Source: Sumerlaeia bacterium
Lineage (GTDB): Bacteria; Sumerlaeota; Sumerlaeia; SLMS01; JAHLLQ01
DNA: 64,000 nucleotides
Assembly (NCBI GenBank): GCA_040219255.1
Contig: JAVJSW010000037.1
Coordinates: 128,001 to 192,000, forward strand
Reading direction: 5' to 3'
The notes beneath the pieces were generated by a model. It saw nothing but the letters and a program-made list of their open reading frames with translations. It made no database searches and was not told where the DNA came from. Shown here in pieces: positions 46,349 to 55,345 of the stretch. The translations under genes were made by a program, and so were the position numbers. Numbering within the stretch: position 1 is the first letter of the stretch; each line of letters opens with the position of its first letter.

Positions 46349-47563
46349 ATGGAGGCCAGAATACTGACCTTGCGAGACAAGCCGGACGTTCTTGATCCCA
46401 GTTGCGGGGAGCCGGAGATGACAGGCCATTCCCATTTGGTTCTCGTGGTGGACGACGACGGTCCCTTTCTCGGGCTGATGTGCCGGTTCCTCGAACGCCT
46501 CGATTATGAAGTCCTCCAGGCCGCGACGCTTGAGGAGGCGGTGGAGATCGCGAAAGAATTCGCCCCCGAGATCGCCTTCGTCAACGGTCACCTTCCGGAT
46601 GGGGAGGGAATTCATCTGATTCGTCCGCTGCAGGAGGCGGACCCGGACGTGGTCGTGCTGATGACGTCGGCCAATCGGAGCCTGCAATTCGTTCTGGCGG
46701 CGATGCGCGAAGGGGCCTCGGATTTCCTGTCGAAACCCCTGGAGTTCGATACGCTCGAAGAGAAGCTGAAGGAACACCTCGCAAAGCGCAAGGCCCGCAT
46801 CGAAAGCCGCAACTATCAGAAGCTGCTGGAGGAGGCGGTGGCCACGCGGACGATGGAACTGGGCGAGGCGCTCGACAAACTCTCCCGCGTGAACGACCAG
46901 ATGTCGGCCTCCTATGCGGAAGCGCTGGAATTGCTGCATCGCGCGGCGGCCTATCGCGACGACGACACCGGCCACCATGTGAGCCGCATTCGGCTCTTCA
47001 CGCGGGAATTGGCGTTGGCGCACGGGCTCGGCGCGGAGCAGGCCGAACTGATCGCCCAGGCCAGCGCGATGCACGATATCGGCAAGATTGGCATTCCGGA
47101 CCAGATTCTTCTCAAGCCCGGCAAGCTGACCCCCGACGAATGGGAGGTCATGAAAGCCCACACGACCATCGGCGCGAACATCATCGGCGGCAAGAAGACG
47201 CCGTTGCTGGACATGTGCCGCGAGATCGCCCTGACGCATCACGAGAAATGGAACGGCGGCGGTTATCCGGCGGGCCTGGCGGGCGAGGCGATTCCGCTGG
47301 CGGGGCGGCTGGTGGCGATCGTCGATGTGTTCGACGCGCTGACCCACGCCCGGGTTTACAAACCCGCTTTTTCGACGGAGAAAGCGATTCAGATCATCGA
47401 GGAGTCGCGAGGCAGCCATTTCGACCCGCGGATCGTGGAGTGCTTTTTGCCACTGATCCCCCGGCTGAAAGAAATGGAAGCCTCCTTCGACGAGGAAATC
47501 TCCGCCGAGGTGCTGTCGCTCCACGCCCGGCGGCAGAAGCACGCCGCCGGGGAAGGCATCTGA
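46349..47563 (+). CDS. response regulator with HD-GYP c-di-GMP phosphodiesterase domain
   Basis: REC, then HVSRI, MHDIGKIG, HHEKWNGGGYP, DVFDAL; start may be 46418. Confidence 0.9.
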   Translation: MEARILTLRDKPDVLDPSCGEPEMTGHSHLVLVVDDDGPFLGLMCRFLERLDYEVLQAATLEEAVEIAKEFAPEIAFVNGHLPDGEGIHLIRPLQEADPDVVVLMTSANRSLQFVLAAMREGASDFLSKPLEFDTLEEKLKEHLAKRKARIESRNYQKLLEEAVATRTMELGEALDKLSRVNDQMSASYAEALELLHRAAAYRDDDTGHHVSRIRLFTRELALAHGLGAEQAELIAQASAMHDIGKIGIPDQILLKPGKLTPDEWEVMKAHTTIGANIIGGKKTPLLDMCREIALTHHEKWNGGGYPAGLAGEAIPLAGRLVAIVDVFDALTHARVYKPAFSTEKAIQIIEESRGSHFDPRIVECFLPLIPRLKEMEASFDEEISAEVLSLHARRQKHAAGEGI

Positions 47564-47596
47564 CAGCTTGACCTTACCCCGGGAATGCTGAGGATC

Positions 47597-47742
47597 GGGC
47601 CGGTCGTTTGTCTTCCGCCCGGGGTTCCGTACGCCCCGGAGGCATGCCCCGGCTCTGCCGGTTCTGGATGTTCCAGGAATTCAGACGCTCACACGCGGGT
47701 TCGAATCCCGCACAAGGCTCAGGTCCTTGCCTACCGGCTCCA
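47597..47742 (+). ncRNA. tRNA-like RNA with permuted arms upstream of slipin gene
   Basis: T-arm GCGGG-TTCGAAT-CCCGC 47695-47711; hairpin CAAGG-CTCAGGT-CCTTG 47713-47729; 3' ACCGGCTCCA pairs with GGGCCGGT (47597) or GCCGGT (47657). Confidence 0.6.
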
Positions 47743-47994
47743 TCGGCTGGTTGCGGGGGACCGGCTTTTCCTGGCGCGGCGAGGCGCCGTCGATCCTTCG
47801 GGATGGACGGTCCTTGGCCGGCCGCTCGCGGGCGCGGCGCCCGGGGGCCGAAGGGCTACGGACGATCGGTTGGCAGCCAACGGGGCCACGCGCCCCCGAA
47901 GCCCCCCGCCGCATCCTCCCGCCGCTTCCGCCTTCGAGGCGAACGTCACGGGTTTTGGAAGGGACCGGTTCTCCGCAACCGCCACCGGACCGAT
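47742..47994 (+). ncRNA. large structured RNA domain (slipin leader)
   Basis: 23-bp stem 47749-47771 / 47957-47980 with 4 G-U pairs; internal ATCC-TTCG-GGAT, GTTGG/CCAAC and CGCCT/AGGCG hairpins. Confidence 0.55.
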
Positions 47995-48017
47995 TCCGCG
48001 TCAGGAAGCGCGACACG

Positions 48018-49169
48018 ATGCTGTCTTTCATCAAGGCTCCGGAAGGTTATCAGACCGTCCTTTACCGCAACGGATCGCCGGTGCGGCTCCTCGTCGCGCG
48101 GCCTAAGCCCTACTTGGTCTGGGGAACCGGGTTCACCCGCGTCTGCTGCCCGCTGACGGATCCGGTGATCAACGCGTCGCAGCCGACGGTTTCGCCCTTG
48201 ATGGACAAGGATTGGGTGCGCGGCCATCTGGACGACATTTTGGTCGAACCGGGCGAGCGCGTTCTTGTCTGGCTTGAAGGCCGTCTGGTGCGGGTTCTGA
48301 CGGCGGGCCGCTGGGGTATCTGGAAGACGCCATCGCCGATTCGGCTCGACCGCCTGACGCTCGACGATCCGCAGTACGCCCCCGGCGACGCCAAGGCGGT
48401 CGCCGCTCTTCGCTCGTGGCCGGCGGCCTCCAACGTGCTGGAATTCGTGAACCTGGGCGTGGGCCAGCAGGGGCTCGTCTACGTGGGCGGGGAATTGCTG
48501 CGGACGCTCGGCCCCGGGATTCACGCCTTCTGGCGGCAAGGCATCGATTACGACGTCCTGATCGAGGACCTGCGGCTGAAGACGCTGACGCTGACGGGCC
48601 AGGAACTGATGACGCAGGACCGCGTGACGCTGCGGATGAACTTCGATGTGGCCTATCGCGTCACCGATCCCCAGAGGGCTGTCCTCGAAGCGGAAGCCCC
48701 CGCCAAATTGCTCTATACCCGCGCGCAATTGCTGCTGCGGGAAGGCGTTGGGGGGCGGACGCTGGACCAATTGCTCGAGGAGCGCGACTCCCTCGCCAAG
48801 GAAGTCGAGGCGGGCCTTCAACCCTTCGCCGAAAAGTTCGGCATGGGGGTGGAATTCGCCGGTCTACGGGATGTGATCCTGCCCGGCGACATGCGCGAAA
48901 TCCTCAACCAGGTCGTCCGCGCCCGCAAGGAAGCGGAAGCCAATGTGATCCGGCGCCGCGAGGAAACCGCCTCGACCCGCAGTCTTCTGAACACCGCCAA
49001 AGTCATCGACGAGAACCCGACGATGTTGCGGCTCAAAGAGTTGGAGGCCTTGCAGGAAATCGTCGGCAAGATCGAGACGCTCAACGTGTACGATGGATTG
49101 CAGGGCTTGCTGGGCGGCGTTCGCCTGCGGGATTTGCCGCCGGGGGAGAAGGCGAAGTCGGGCGAGTAG
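48018..49169 (+). CDS. slipin family (SPFH/Band-7) protein with N-terminal beta repeats
   Basis: Repeated (L/V)xxxG..VR.L..G...FW units; QELMTQDRVTLRMN, ILPGDMREILNQV, ANVIRRREETA.TRSLLNTAK, LRLKELE. Confidence 0.88.
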   Translation: MLSFIKAPEGYQTVLYRNGSPVRLLVARPKPYLVWGTGFTRVCCPLTDPVINASQPTVSPLMDKDWVRGHLDDILVEPGERVLVWLEGRLVRVLTAGRWGIWKTPSPIRLDRLTLDDPQYAPGDAKAVAALRSWPAASNVLEFVNLGVGQQGLVYVGGELLRTLGPGIHAFWRQGIDYDVLIEDLRLKTLTLTGQELMTQDRVTLRMNFDVAYRVTDPQRAVLEAEAPAKLLYTRAQLLLREGVGGRTLDQLLEERDSLAKEVEAGLQPFAEKFGMGVEFAGLRDVILPGDMREILNQVVRARKEAEANVIRRREETASTRSLLNTAKVIDENPTMLRLKELEALQEIVGKIETLNVYDGLQGLLGGVRLRDLPPGEKAKSGE

Positions 49170-49181
49170 CCGCCCCCATCG

Positions 49182-50504
49182 CTACTCCTCCCTTGGAATC
49201 ACCTTCTCGTGGGGGTCGATGGCGGGGGAGCCGGTGGCTTTGTCCAGCGCCTCCAGCATCTGCGCGTCGGTGATGTGCTCCAGACGCTCGGCGGTGCCGT
49301 GGACGTGGTCGGGGCGGATGCCCGCTTCCTGGACGAGGTAGCCCTCCCAGAGGCGGTGGCGGCGGATCATCCGGGCGGCGTAGTGTTCGCCGCGCTCGGT
49401 CAGGCTGATCATGCCGCTCTGGCGATGGATGCGGCGTTTGTGGCGCATTTTGCGAAGCGCCAGCGCGAACGCCACCCGCCCCAACAGGCCCGTCGCCAGG
49501 ACACCGCGGATTTGTGCTTCTTCCACTTCGGCGCGATGATGGTCGGCCTTTTCGCCGGCGCGCCAGAGCAGGCCCAGGATATCTTCGCGAGTCACCGTGA
49601 CGGCGAGGCTGAGGCGCCGCCAGGCCTGCGGGATGAGGCCCCGCTGCGGCGCCAGGAGCACGGTGGCCCCGAACAGCAAGCCCGCCATGGTGGCCATGGA
49701 ACCGGCCGTGTTGGCTTCGTCCGCCAACCCGAACCACCCGGGCACGATCAGCGCCGCCCCATGACCCAGGACCGCGCAGAGCGCCGCCACCACGAGGCTG
49801 AGCGCGATCATGACGCTGAGCCGATTCGTCAGCAGGCGGGCGCACGCCCCCGGCACCACCAGCATGGCGATCACCAGGATCGACCCGACGCTGTTGAACG
49901 CCGCCACCGTCGTCGCGGCCACGATCATCATCAGCAGATAGTGCATCAGGGTGGCGTTGATGCCTTGCGTGTTGGCCATTTCGGGATCGAAGGCGCTGAT
50001 GGTCAGTTCCTTGAACAGCGCCACGACGAAGATCAGGTTCACCAGCAGCATCACGGCCCCGGCCACGGCGGCGCGGGGGATGACCGTTTCGCCGATCTGG
50101 TAGCTGTCCAGGTAGGTCAACTCGAGCGCTCCGTAGAGGACGCAGTCGGGGTCCAGGTCCGTGTCGTGGGCCGCTACGCGGATCAGGATCAGGCCGATGG
50201 CGAAGAGCGCGGTGAAGGTCACGCCCATGGCGGCGTCGGCCTCCACCCCACCCCAGCGCTCGATGGCGGAAATCAGGAACGTCGTCACCAGACCGACGAG
50301 CACCGCGCCCAGAAGCATCGCCAGCGATGTCCGGGTTCCGGTCAGCAGGAAGGCCACCGCCAGACCGGGGAGAACGGCGTGGCTGAGGGCGTCGCCCATC
50401 ATGGACATCTTGCGCAAAATCAACCAGTTACCAGCCAGCGCGCAGGCCATCGCGGCGATTCCGCCAGTGATGACGATCCAGGTGTCGAAAATCGTCCAGG
50501 TCAT
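49182..50504 (-). CDS. metal ABC transporter permease fused to DtxR-like C-terminal domain (TroD-like)
   Basis: GDALSHAVLPG, VGSILVIAMLVVP; C-terminal LT..G...A..IRRHRLWE.YL...AERLEH, DPH..IP. Confidence 0.88.
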   Translation of the reverse strand: MTWTIFDTWIVITGGIAAMACALAGNWLILRKMSMMGDALSHAVLPGLAVAFLLTGTRTSLAMLLGAVLVGLVTTFLISAIERWGGVEADAAMGVTFTALFAIGLILIRVAAHDTDLDPDCVLYGALELTYLDSYQIGETVIPRAAVAGAVMLLVNLIFVVALFKELTISAFDPEMANTQGINATLMHYLLMMIVAATTVAAFNSVGSILVIAMLVVPGACARLLTNRLSVMIALSLVVAALCAVLGHGAALIVPGWFGLADEANTAGSMATMAGLLFGATVLLAPQRGLIPQAWRRLSLAVTVTREDILGLLWRAGEKADHHRAEVEEAQIRGVLATGLLGRVAFALALRKMRHKRRIHRQSGMISLTERGEHYAARMIRRHRLWEGYLVQEAGIRPDHVHGTAERLEHITDAQMLEALDKATGSPAIDPHEKVIPREE

Positions 50505-51928
50505 GTCTGCACCATTCCCTTGAGCGGGTGCGGGCTGGGCGGAACGACGCTGCCGCGGTCCGCCAGCATCGTCTCCAGCCGCGCGATCAAGTCCGGTTCG
50601 AGCACATGCTCGATCGTGTCCGCGCCGGTGTCCACGTGGCTGGGCGCTACGTCGGCGTGGGCGATCAGGTACATCTCCCACAGGCGGTGGGTGCGCACGG
50701 CGTGAACGGCGGTGTAATAACCCAGGCGCGTCAGGGCGTAGCCGCCGCCCTTGTGGCGGATCAGGCCCTGGCGGATGTGGCGGGCCAGGGCGCGCTGCAG
50801 TTCGGCGCGGGTCCAGGAGCGTTCGGCCAGCAGGTCCTCGAAAGAGGCGGCCGTTTCCTTAGGGTCGTGGTGCTCGCGCTCGGCGAGTTCGTAGAGACCC
50901 CGCAGCAGGTGCTGGCTCGTGACTTTTCGCCGCAGCATGAGGCCCGCTCGCGAGCGATGCACGACGCCCCGGCGCGTGCCGAGCAGGAGGCTCAGGACGA
51001 ACAGCAGCGTCGCCACCAGAACGATGATCGCTCCGGCGGGAAAGGCGCCCATGAGGGCGCTCGCCGCCGAGCCGAAGAGACCGCTCAGGGCGCCGATGGT
51101 GCTCGAAATCGCCGCCATCCATCGCAAATCGTCGGTCCAGAATCGCGCCGCCGACGGAGGAATCACCAGCAGCGCGACCATCATGATGAGGCCCACGGCC
51201 TGGAGCCCGATCACCGTCACTAGCACCACCAGGGCCATCAGCGTGGCGTCCAGCAGGCCCGTCGGCCAGCCCTGTGTCCGGCCGAATTCCGCGTCGAAGC
51301 AGAGCAGGCCGAACTCCTTGAAGAGCGCGGCGCAGATGGCCGCCGCCACCGCCGCGAAAATCGCGATCAGCAGCGCGTCGCTCAACAGCATTGAGGCCGT
51401 CTTGCCGTAGATGAAGGACTTGAGGCCCGCCGCTTCGCCCGCGCCGAGGCGCTGGGCCACGCCAAGCAGGACGATGCCGAAGCCGAAGAACGTGCTGAGT
51501 ACGATAGCCAGGGCGACATCTTCTTTCAGCCGCGCGGTCTTGCGGATCAGTGTCACGGCGGCGGTGCCGAGGATGCCGCTGATGGCCGCGCCCAGCAGCA
51601 GACCGCCCAGATGCTTGCCCGATCCGCCCGCCAGCGCCATGACCACGAAGGCCGCGCAAATCCCCGGCAGCATGGCGTGGCTGATCGCGTCGGAAAGCAG
51701 GGCGCGCTTGCGCAGCAGCAGGAACGTCCCCACCAGGCCGGACGCGAGCCCCAGCAGCATCGTGCCGATGACCACGACGCGCGTGTTGTAATCCTGGAAC
51801 GTCAAGACCCGCACGAAATCGCTGGCGAAGGTGGACTCGGCCATCGCCGCCACCGGGACGAGCGGCAGCAGCGCCAGCGCCAACCACGACAGTTCCCGCC
51901 TTCCGCCGCTAGTTCGACGAAATCGCAT
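50501..51928 (-). CDS. metal ABC transporter permease fused to DtxR-like domain (TroC/YtgCR-like)
   Basis: DAISHAMLPG, QAVGLIMMVALLVIP; C-terminal VRTHRLWEMYL..ADTIEH, SPH. Confidence 0.88.
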   Translation of the reverse strand: MRFRRTSGGRRELSWLALALLPLVPVAAMAESTFASDFVRVLTFQDYNTRVVVIGTMLLGLASGLVGTFLLLRKRALLSDAISHAMLPGICAAFVVMALAGGSGKHLGGLLLGAAISGILGTAAVTLIRKTARLKEDVALAIVLSTFFGFGIVLLGVAQRLGAGEAAGLKSFIYGKTASMLLSDALLIAIFAAVAAAICAALFKEFGLLCFDAEFGRTQGWPTGLLDATLMALVVLVTVIGLQAVGLIMMVALLVIPPSAARFWTDDLRWMAAISSTIGALSGLFGSAASALMGAFPAGAIIVLVATLLFVLSLLLGTRRGVVHRSRAGLMLRRKVTSQHLLRGLYELAEREHHDPKETAASFEDLLAERSWTRAELQRALARHIRQGLIRHKGGGYALTRLGYYTAVHAVRTHRLWEMYLIAHADVAPSHVDTGADTIEHVLEPDLIARLETMLADRGSVVPPSPHPLKGMVQT

Positions 51929-52715
51929 GGGACGCCTCGCTCAGCAGGGTCAACCGGCCGCCATAGGTTTTCTTCAGGTTTTCTTCGGTGAAGACGTGCT
52001 TCGTGGGGCCATGCGCCACCACGCGCATGTTCAGCAGAATCACCGAGTCGAAGTACTGGCGCACCGTCTGGAGGTCGTGGTGGACGACGATCACGGTGCG
52101 GCCATTGGCCTTCAATTCCTTGAGAAGTTGGATGATGGCCTTCTCCGTCGCGGCGTCCACGCCGGCGAACGGTTCGTCCATGAAATACAATTCGGCGTCC
52201 TGGGCCAGGGCCCGGGCCAGGAAGACGCGCTGCTGCTGGCCACCGGAGAGCTGGCTGATCTGGCGGTCGGCGAAATCGCCCATGCCGACCTTTTCCAGGG
52301 CTTCACGGGCGCGGTCCTTGAACTTTCGCCCCACGGGCCGGAACCAACCCACCTCGCGGTACAACCCCATGCAAACCACATCCAGCGCCGACACGGGAAA
52401 GTCCCAGTCCACCGACTCGCGCTGGGGCACATAGCCGACCATCTGGCGATTCTTTTCGTAGGGCTTGCCAAAGACGTGGACGGTGCCGCTGGCCCGCGGG
52501 ACGAGGCCCATGGCCGCTTTCAGCAGCGTGGACTTACCCGCGCCGTTGGGCCCGATCAGGCCTACCAACTGTCCCTTGTGAATGTCCAGGTCCACATCCC
52601 ACAGCACCGGCTTGCGATGGTAGGCGACCGTCATGTCGTGAATGGACAGCGGGGCGTCGGGCGAGTGCTCGGTGCCGAAATCCGCTTTGTTCGCTATGGG
52701 TTTGTCGAGAAACAC
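51909..52715 (-). CDS. metal ABC transporter ATP-binding protein (TroB-like)
   Basis: GPNGAGKST, YVPQR.SVDWDFP, LSGGQQQR, MDEPF, VHHD. Confidence 0.93.
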   Translation of the reverse strand: MFLDKPIANKADFGTEHSPDAPLSIHDMTVAYHRKPVLWDVDLDIHKGQLVGLIGPNGAGKSTLLKAAMGLVPRASGTVHVFGKPYEKNRQMVGYVPQRESVDWDFPVSALDVVCMGLYREVGWFRPVGRKFKDRAREALEKVGMGDFADRQISQLSGGQQQRVFLARALAQDAELYFMDEPFAGVDAATEKAIIQLLKELKANGRTVIVVHHDLQTVRQYFDSVILLNMRVVAHGPTKHVFTEENLKKTYGGRLTLLSEASHAISSN

Positions 52716-52727
52716 GGTGCGGTTTTC

Positions 52728-53756
52728 CTATTCGGGTCCGTTCTGGCTCAGTTGTCCCTGCATGCCCCGTACCGGAGCTTCTCCGCCCAGCGCCCGCGCG
52801 ATCAGGGTCGCATTGTTGTCGATCATGCCGACGTAGGTGCCTTCGTAGGTGCCTTCCTTGCCCATGGCGTCGCTGAAGAGCGAACCGCCGATGCGCACGT
52901 CGTGGCCTTTGGCGCGGGCGCCTTCGATCAGGGCGCGGACGTTCTTGTCGGCGATGGTGCTCTCCACGAACACGGCCGGGATTTGCCGCTCGACCAGCAG
53001 GTCCACCAGCCGGTTGATGTCTTGCAGGCTCGCCTCGCTTTCCGTCGAAAGGCCCTGGATGCCCATGACCTCCAGGTCGTAGGCGCGCCCCATGTAGTTG
53101 AAGGCGTCGTGGGCCGTGACCAGGACGCGCTGGCCTTGCGGGATGCTGGCGATGGCGGTGCGGGTGTAGTCGTCCAGGGCCTGGAGGGTTTCGCGGTAGG
53201 TCTGCGCGTTGGCCGCATAGGTCTCGGCGCCCGCCGGGTCGAACTCGCTGAGAGCTTTTTCCACCGCGCCGGTCGCCAGCAGCCAGCCCTGCACGTCCAT
53301 CCAGACGTGAGGGTCGGGATGGGCGTCATCGCCCTCGCCGAGGCCGATCACATAGTCCTCGTCGAGCATTTCGGTTACCGCATAGACCGGCTTCTGGCGC
53401 CCCGTGCGCATCAGCGCGTCGGTCAGGCGCCCTTCAAGAAGCAGGCCATTGTAGAAAATGATGTCGGCATCGAGGAGCTTGGCCAGGTCGCCGCGGGTCG
53501 GCGTGTAGAGGTGCGGGTCCGACCCGGCGCCGATCAGCACGGACACGTTGGCGCGGTCTCCTGCGATGTTCTTCACGATGTCGCCGATCATTCCGACGGT
53601 GGCGACGGCGCGGTAGGGCACGGCGAGCTCGCCGTCCGGGGCGGTGCTTTGTTGGCTGCCGGGAGGTGATTCGGACGAACCGCACCCGGCCCCGAAAGCG
53701 GCCAGGACGAGACAAATCCACAAGAAGGGCAAGGGTTGGGGGAGGCTTCGAAGCAT
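52728..53756 (-). CDS. metal ABC transporter substrate-binding lipoprotein (TroA-like)
   Basis: Lipobox GAGC; DPHLY, DPHVW, AHDAF, SDA. Confidence 0.93.
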   Translation of the reverse strand: MLRSLPQPLPFLWICLVLAAFGAGCGSSESPPGSQQSTAPDGELAVPYRAVATVGMIGDIVKNIAGDRANVSVLIGAGSDPHLYTPTRGDLAKLLDADIIFYNGLLLEGRLTDALMRTGRQKPVYAVTEMLDEDYVIGLGEGDDAHPDPHVWMDVQGWLLATGAVEKALSEFDPAGAETYAANAQTYRETLQALDDYTRTAIASIPQGQRVLVTAHDAFNYMGRAYDLEVMGIQGLSTESEASLQDINRLVDLLVERQIPAVFVESTIADKNVRALIEGARAKGHDVRIGGSLFSDAMGKEGTYEGTYVGMIDNNATLIARALGGEAPVRGMQGQLSQNGPE

Positions 53757-53818
53757 CCGGAGTTCTCCAACGGAAAAGATGGGCGGGTGGTTGGAACCGT
53801 CCGCCAGACAGCGCGATT

Positions 53819-53872
53819 TGTAACCTAAGCTAAAGCTGTTAGGTCAAGGTGATTTTTGTAGCTAAGGCTTTC
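53819..53872 (-). promoter_or_regulatory. candidate DtxR/TroR-type operator(s) overlapping tro promoter
   Basis: TGTAACCTAAGCTAAA and TGTAGCTAAGGCTTTC resemble TTTAG-N6-CTAAA; ACCTAA/TTAGGT inverted repeat; minus-strand TTGACC at 53847-53842. Confidence 0.5.
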
Positions 53873-53880
53873 AAGCCGGA

Positions 53881-55212
53881 TCAGGCGGGTAGGATTTTGG
53901 CCACCGCCACCAGCAGTCCGACCGAGACCAAGCCCCCTCCCGCAGCCATCAGGAAGCGTCGCGAGAGCGATGCCGGAATCCACAGCGCGCAGGCCGCCGC
54001 GAATGTGGACAGTATCGGAAACAGCGAGCCGGCGATGATGTTTGGGTTTGATTCGGGCCAACTTGCCATGCCCGTAAGCGACGATGAGGTGAACACCGAA
54101 ACAATGATCACCATTGGCAACGCGTAAGTGAAGGCAGACCTTGGGACGTCGCGAGACAGAAGGAACGCCAGCCCCCAGGCGGCGGATGTACCAAGCATCA
54201 TAAAGGAAATCCATCCTTCACGGGTGCCGAGAAGACTGGCGATCAACTGGCCAACTTTCGTCAAAATGACAAGGATCGACAAGAAACCCACCATGCGCCA
54301 AAGGCTCGCCCGCAAGAGGAGTTGACGCTCCAACTTGCCTGCGGTCGGTGTCTCTTCCTTCAGCAGACCCTCTGCCTCCCGGGGCAGGTATGACTCGAGT
54401 AGAACCGGCATCCTCACCGAGAACCACATTCCCAGACCCGTCTTCACTGCCAGAAAGGCCCAAAAGAAAGGAACCGCGTTCTCGAAGTCATCGAACGTGT
54501 GAAAGTTCATTTCCAGGAGCAAAGTGATCGGGAAGCCGCTCGTCAGCACCGTAAGCAAGACCATCGGAGGGGCTGCCCGGGAAAAGGACCTTGTGATGAG
54601 CAACGCGGCCATCCAAAGCGTGACGTTGTAATAGAGGTGAATACCGCCTTCTGCGCCGAGGATGAGGGGAATGGAGAGAATTTCTTCCGTGAATCTGGAA
54701 CTCGGTCTCTCTACCAGGAGCAGTGTAGATGTCGCGACGACCGGCAAAGTCAGCGCGAGCATCGTTAGAACCGACTGGCCGATCCGCCATCGCGCTCGGA
54801 AATAGGGCCAAGCCCCCGCTGTGGTCGGTGCGAGATCGGCCAAGGTCCGCTGAAACGAGGAACTGAACCAGATTAGCCCTGCGGCAAATGCGGCAAGAAC
54901 GGGTGGAGCGAAGACATAGGCGAACCAGGAGAGCCGGAACAGCCATGTAGATCGCCTCGAAGGGAGCCATCCGCCTGGCAATAGAAGCACCAACAGCATG
55001 GCCGTGATCAGGAACAGCCCCAGCCCTCCCGCCAGCCACTGCACCCCGCGCCCCCAGTGGCGTGGCCGGGCGAGGCGGCGCCATTCGCGGGCGGCGAACT
55101 CGTCCGGGGCGAGCCATGTGGCGAATCGGCGCCGCGGCGTCAAAGCTGTGTCGTTTCGCCCCGGTTGTGCCGGTTCGTCGCGCTCTGGGGTGGGTGCATT
55201 GGCGGCGGTCAT
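53881..55212 (-). CDS. hypothetical polytopic membrane protein
   Basis: About 10 hydrophobic segments; only long ORF fitting the interval; lower GC after the N-terminus. Confidence 0.6.
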   Translation of the reverse strand: MTAANAPTPERDEPAQPGRNDTALTPRRRFATWLAPDEFAAREWRRLARPRHWGRGVQWLAGGLGLFLITAMLLVLLLPGGWLPSRRSTWLFRLSWFAYVFAPPVLAAFAAGLIWFSSSFQRTLADLAPTTAGAWPYFRARWRIGQSVLTMLALTLPVVATSTLLLVERPSSRFTEEILSIPLILGAEGGIHLYYNVTLWMAALLITRSFSRAAPPMVLLTVLTSGFPITLLLEMNFHTFDDFENAVPFFWAFLAVKTGLGMWFSVRMPVLLESYLPREAEGLLKEETPTAGKLERQLLLRASLWRMVGFLSILVILTKVGQLIASLLGTREGWISFMMLGTSAAWGLAFLLSRDVPRSAFTYALPMVIIVSVFTSSSLTGMASWPESNPNIIAGSLFPILSTFAAACALWIPASLSRRFLMAAGGGLVSVGLLVAVAKILPA

Positions 55213-55345
55213 CGCGGCGGGGGGGCTTTGCGTGGTGGTTTCGTCGAAGTCTCGCCTTTGGATTAAGGCTTGCTGAGGACGTGGGGTGATTGTCAGTTAG
55301 GGCATCCTGCGATGCCGGACAGGTGAAAAGGAAAAAATTGTGTCG

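Noticed and set aside
47657-47742. Canonical tRNA or tmRNA
   Set aside because: No D-arm/anticodon arm in normal order and an extra hairpin between T-arm and acceptor strand; no tag ORF
47918-47965. Group II intron domain V-like segment
   Set aside because: Only superficial similarity; pairing does not give a canonical D5 and no RT/maturase is present
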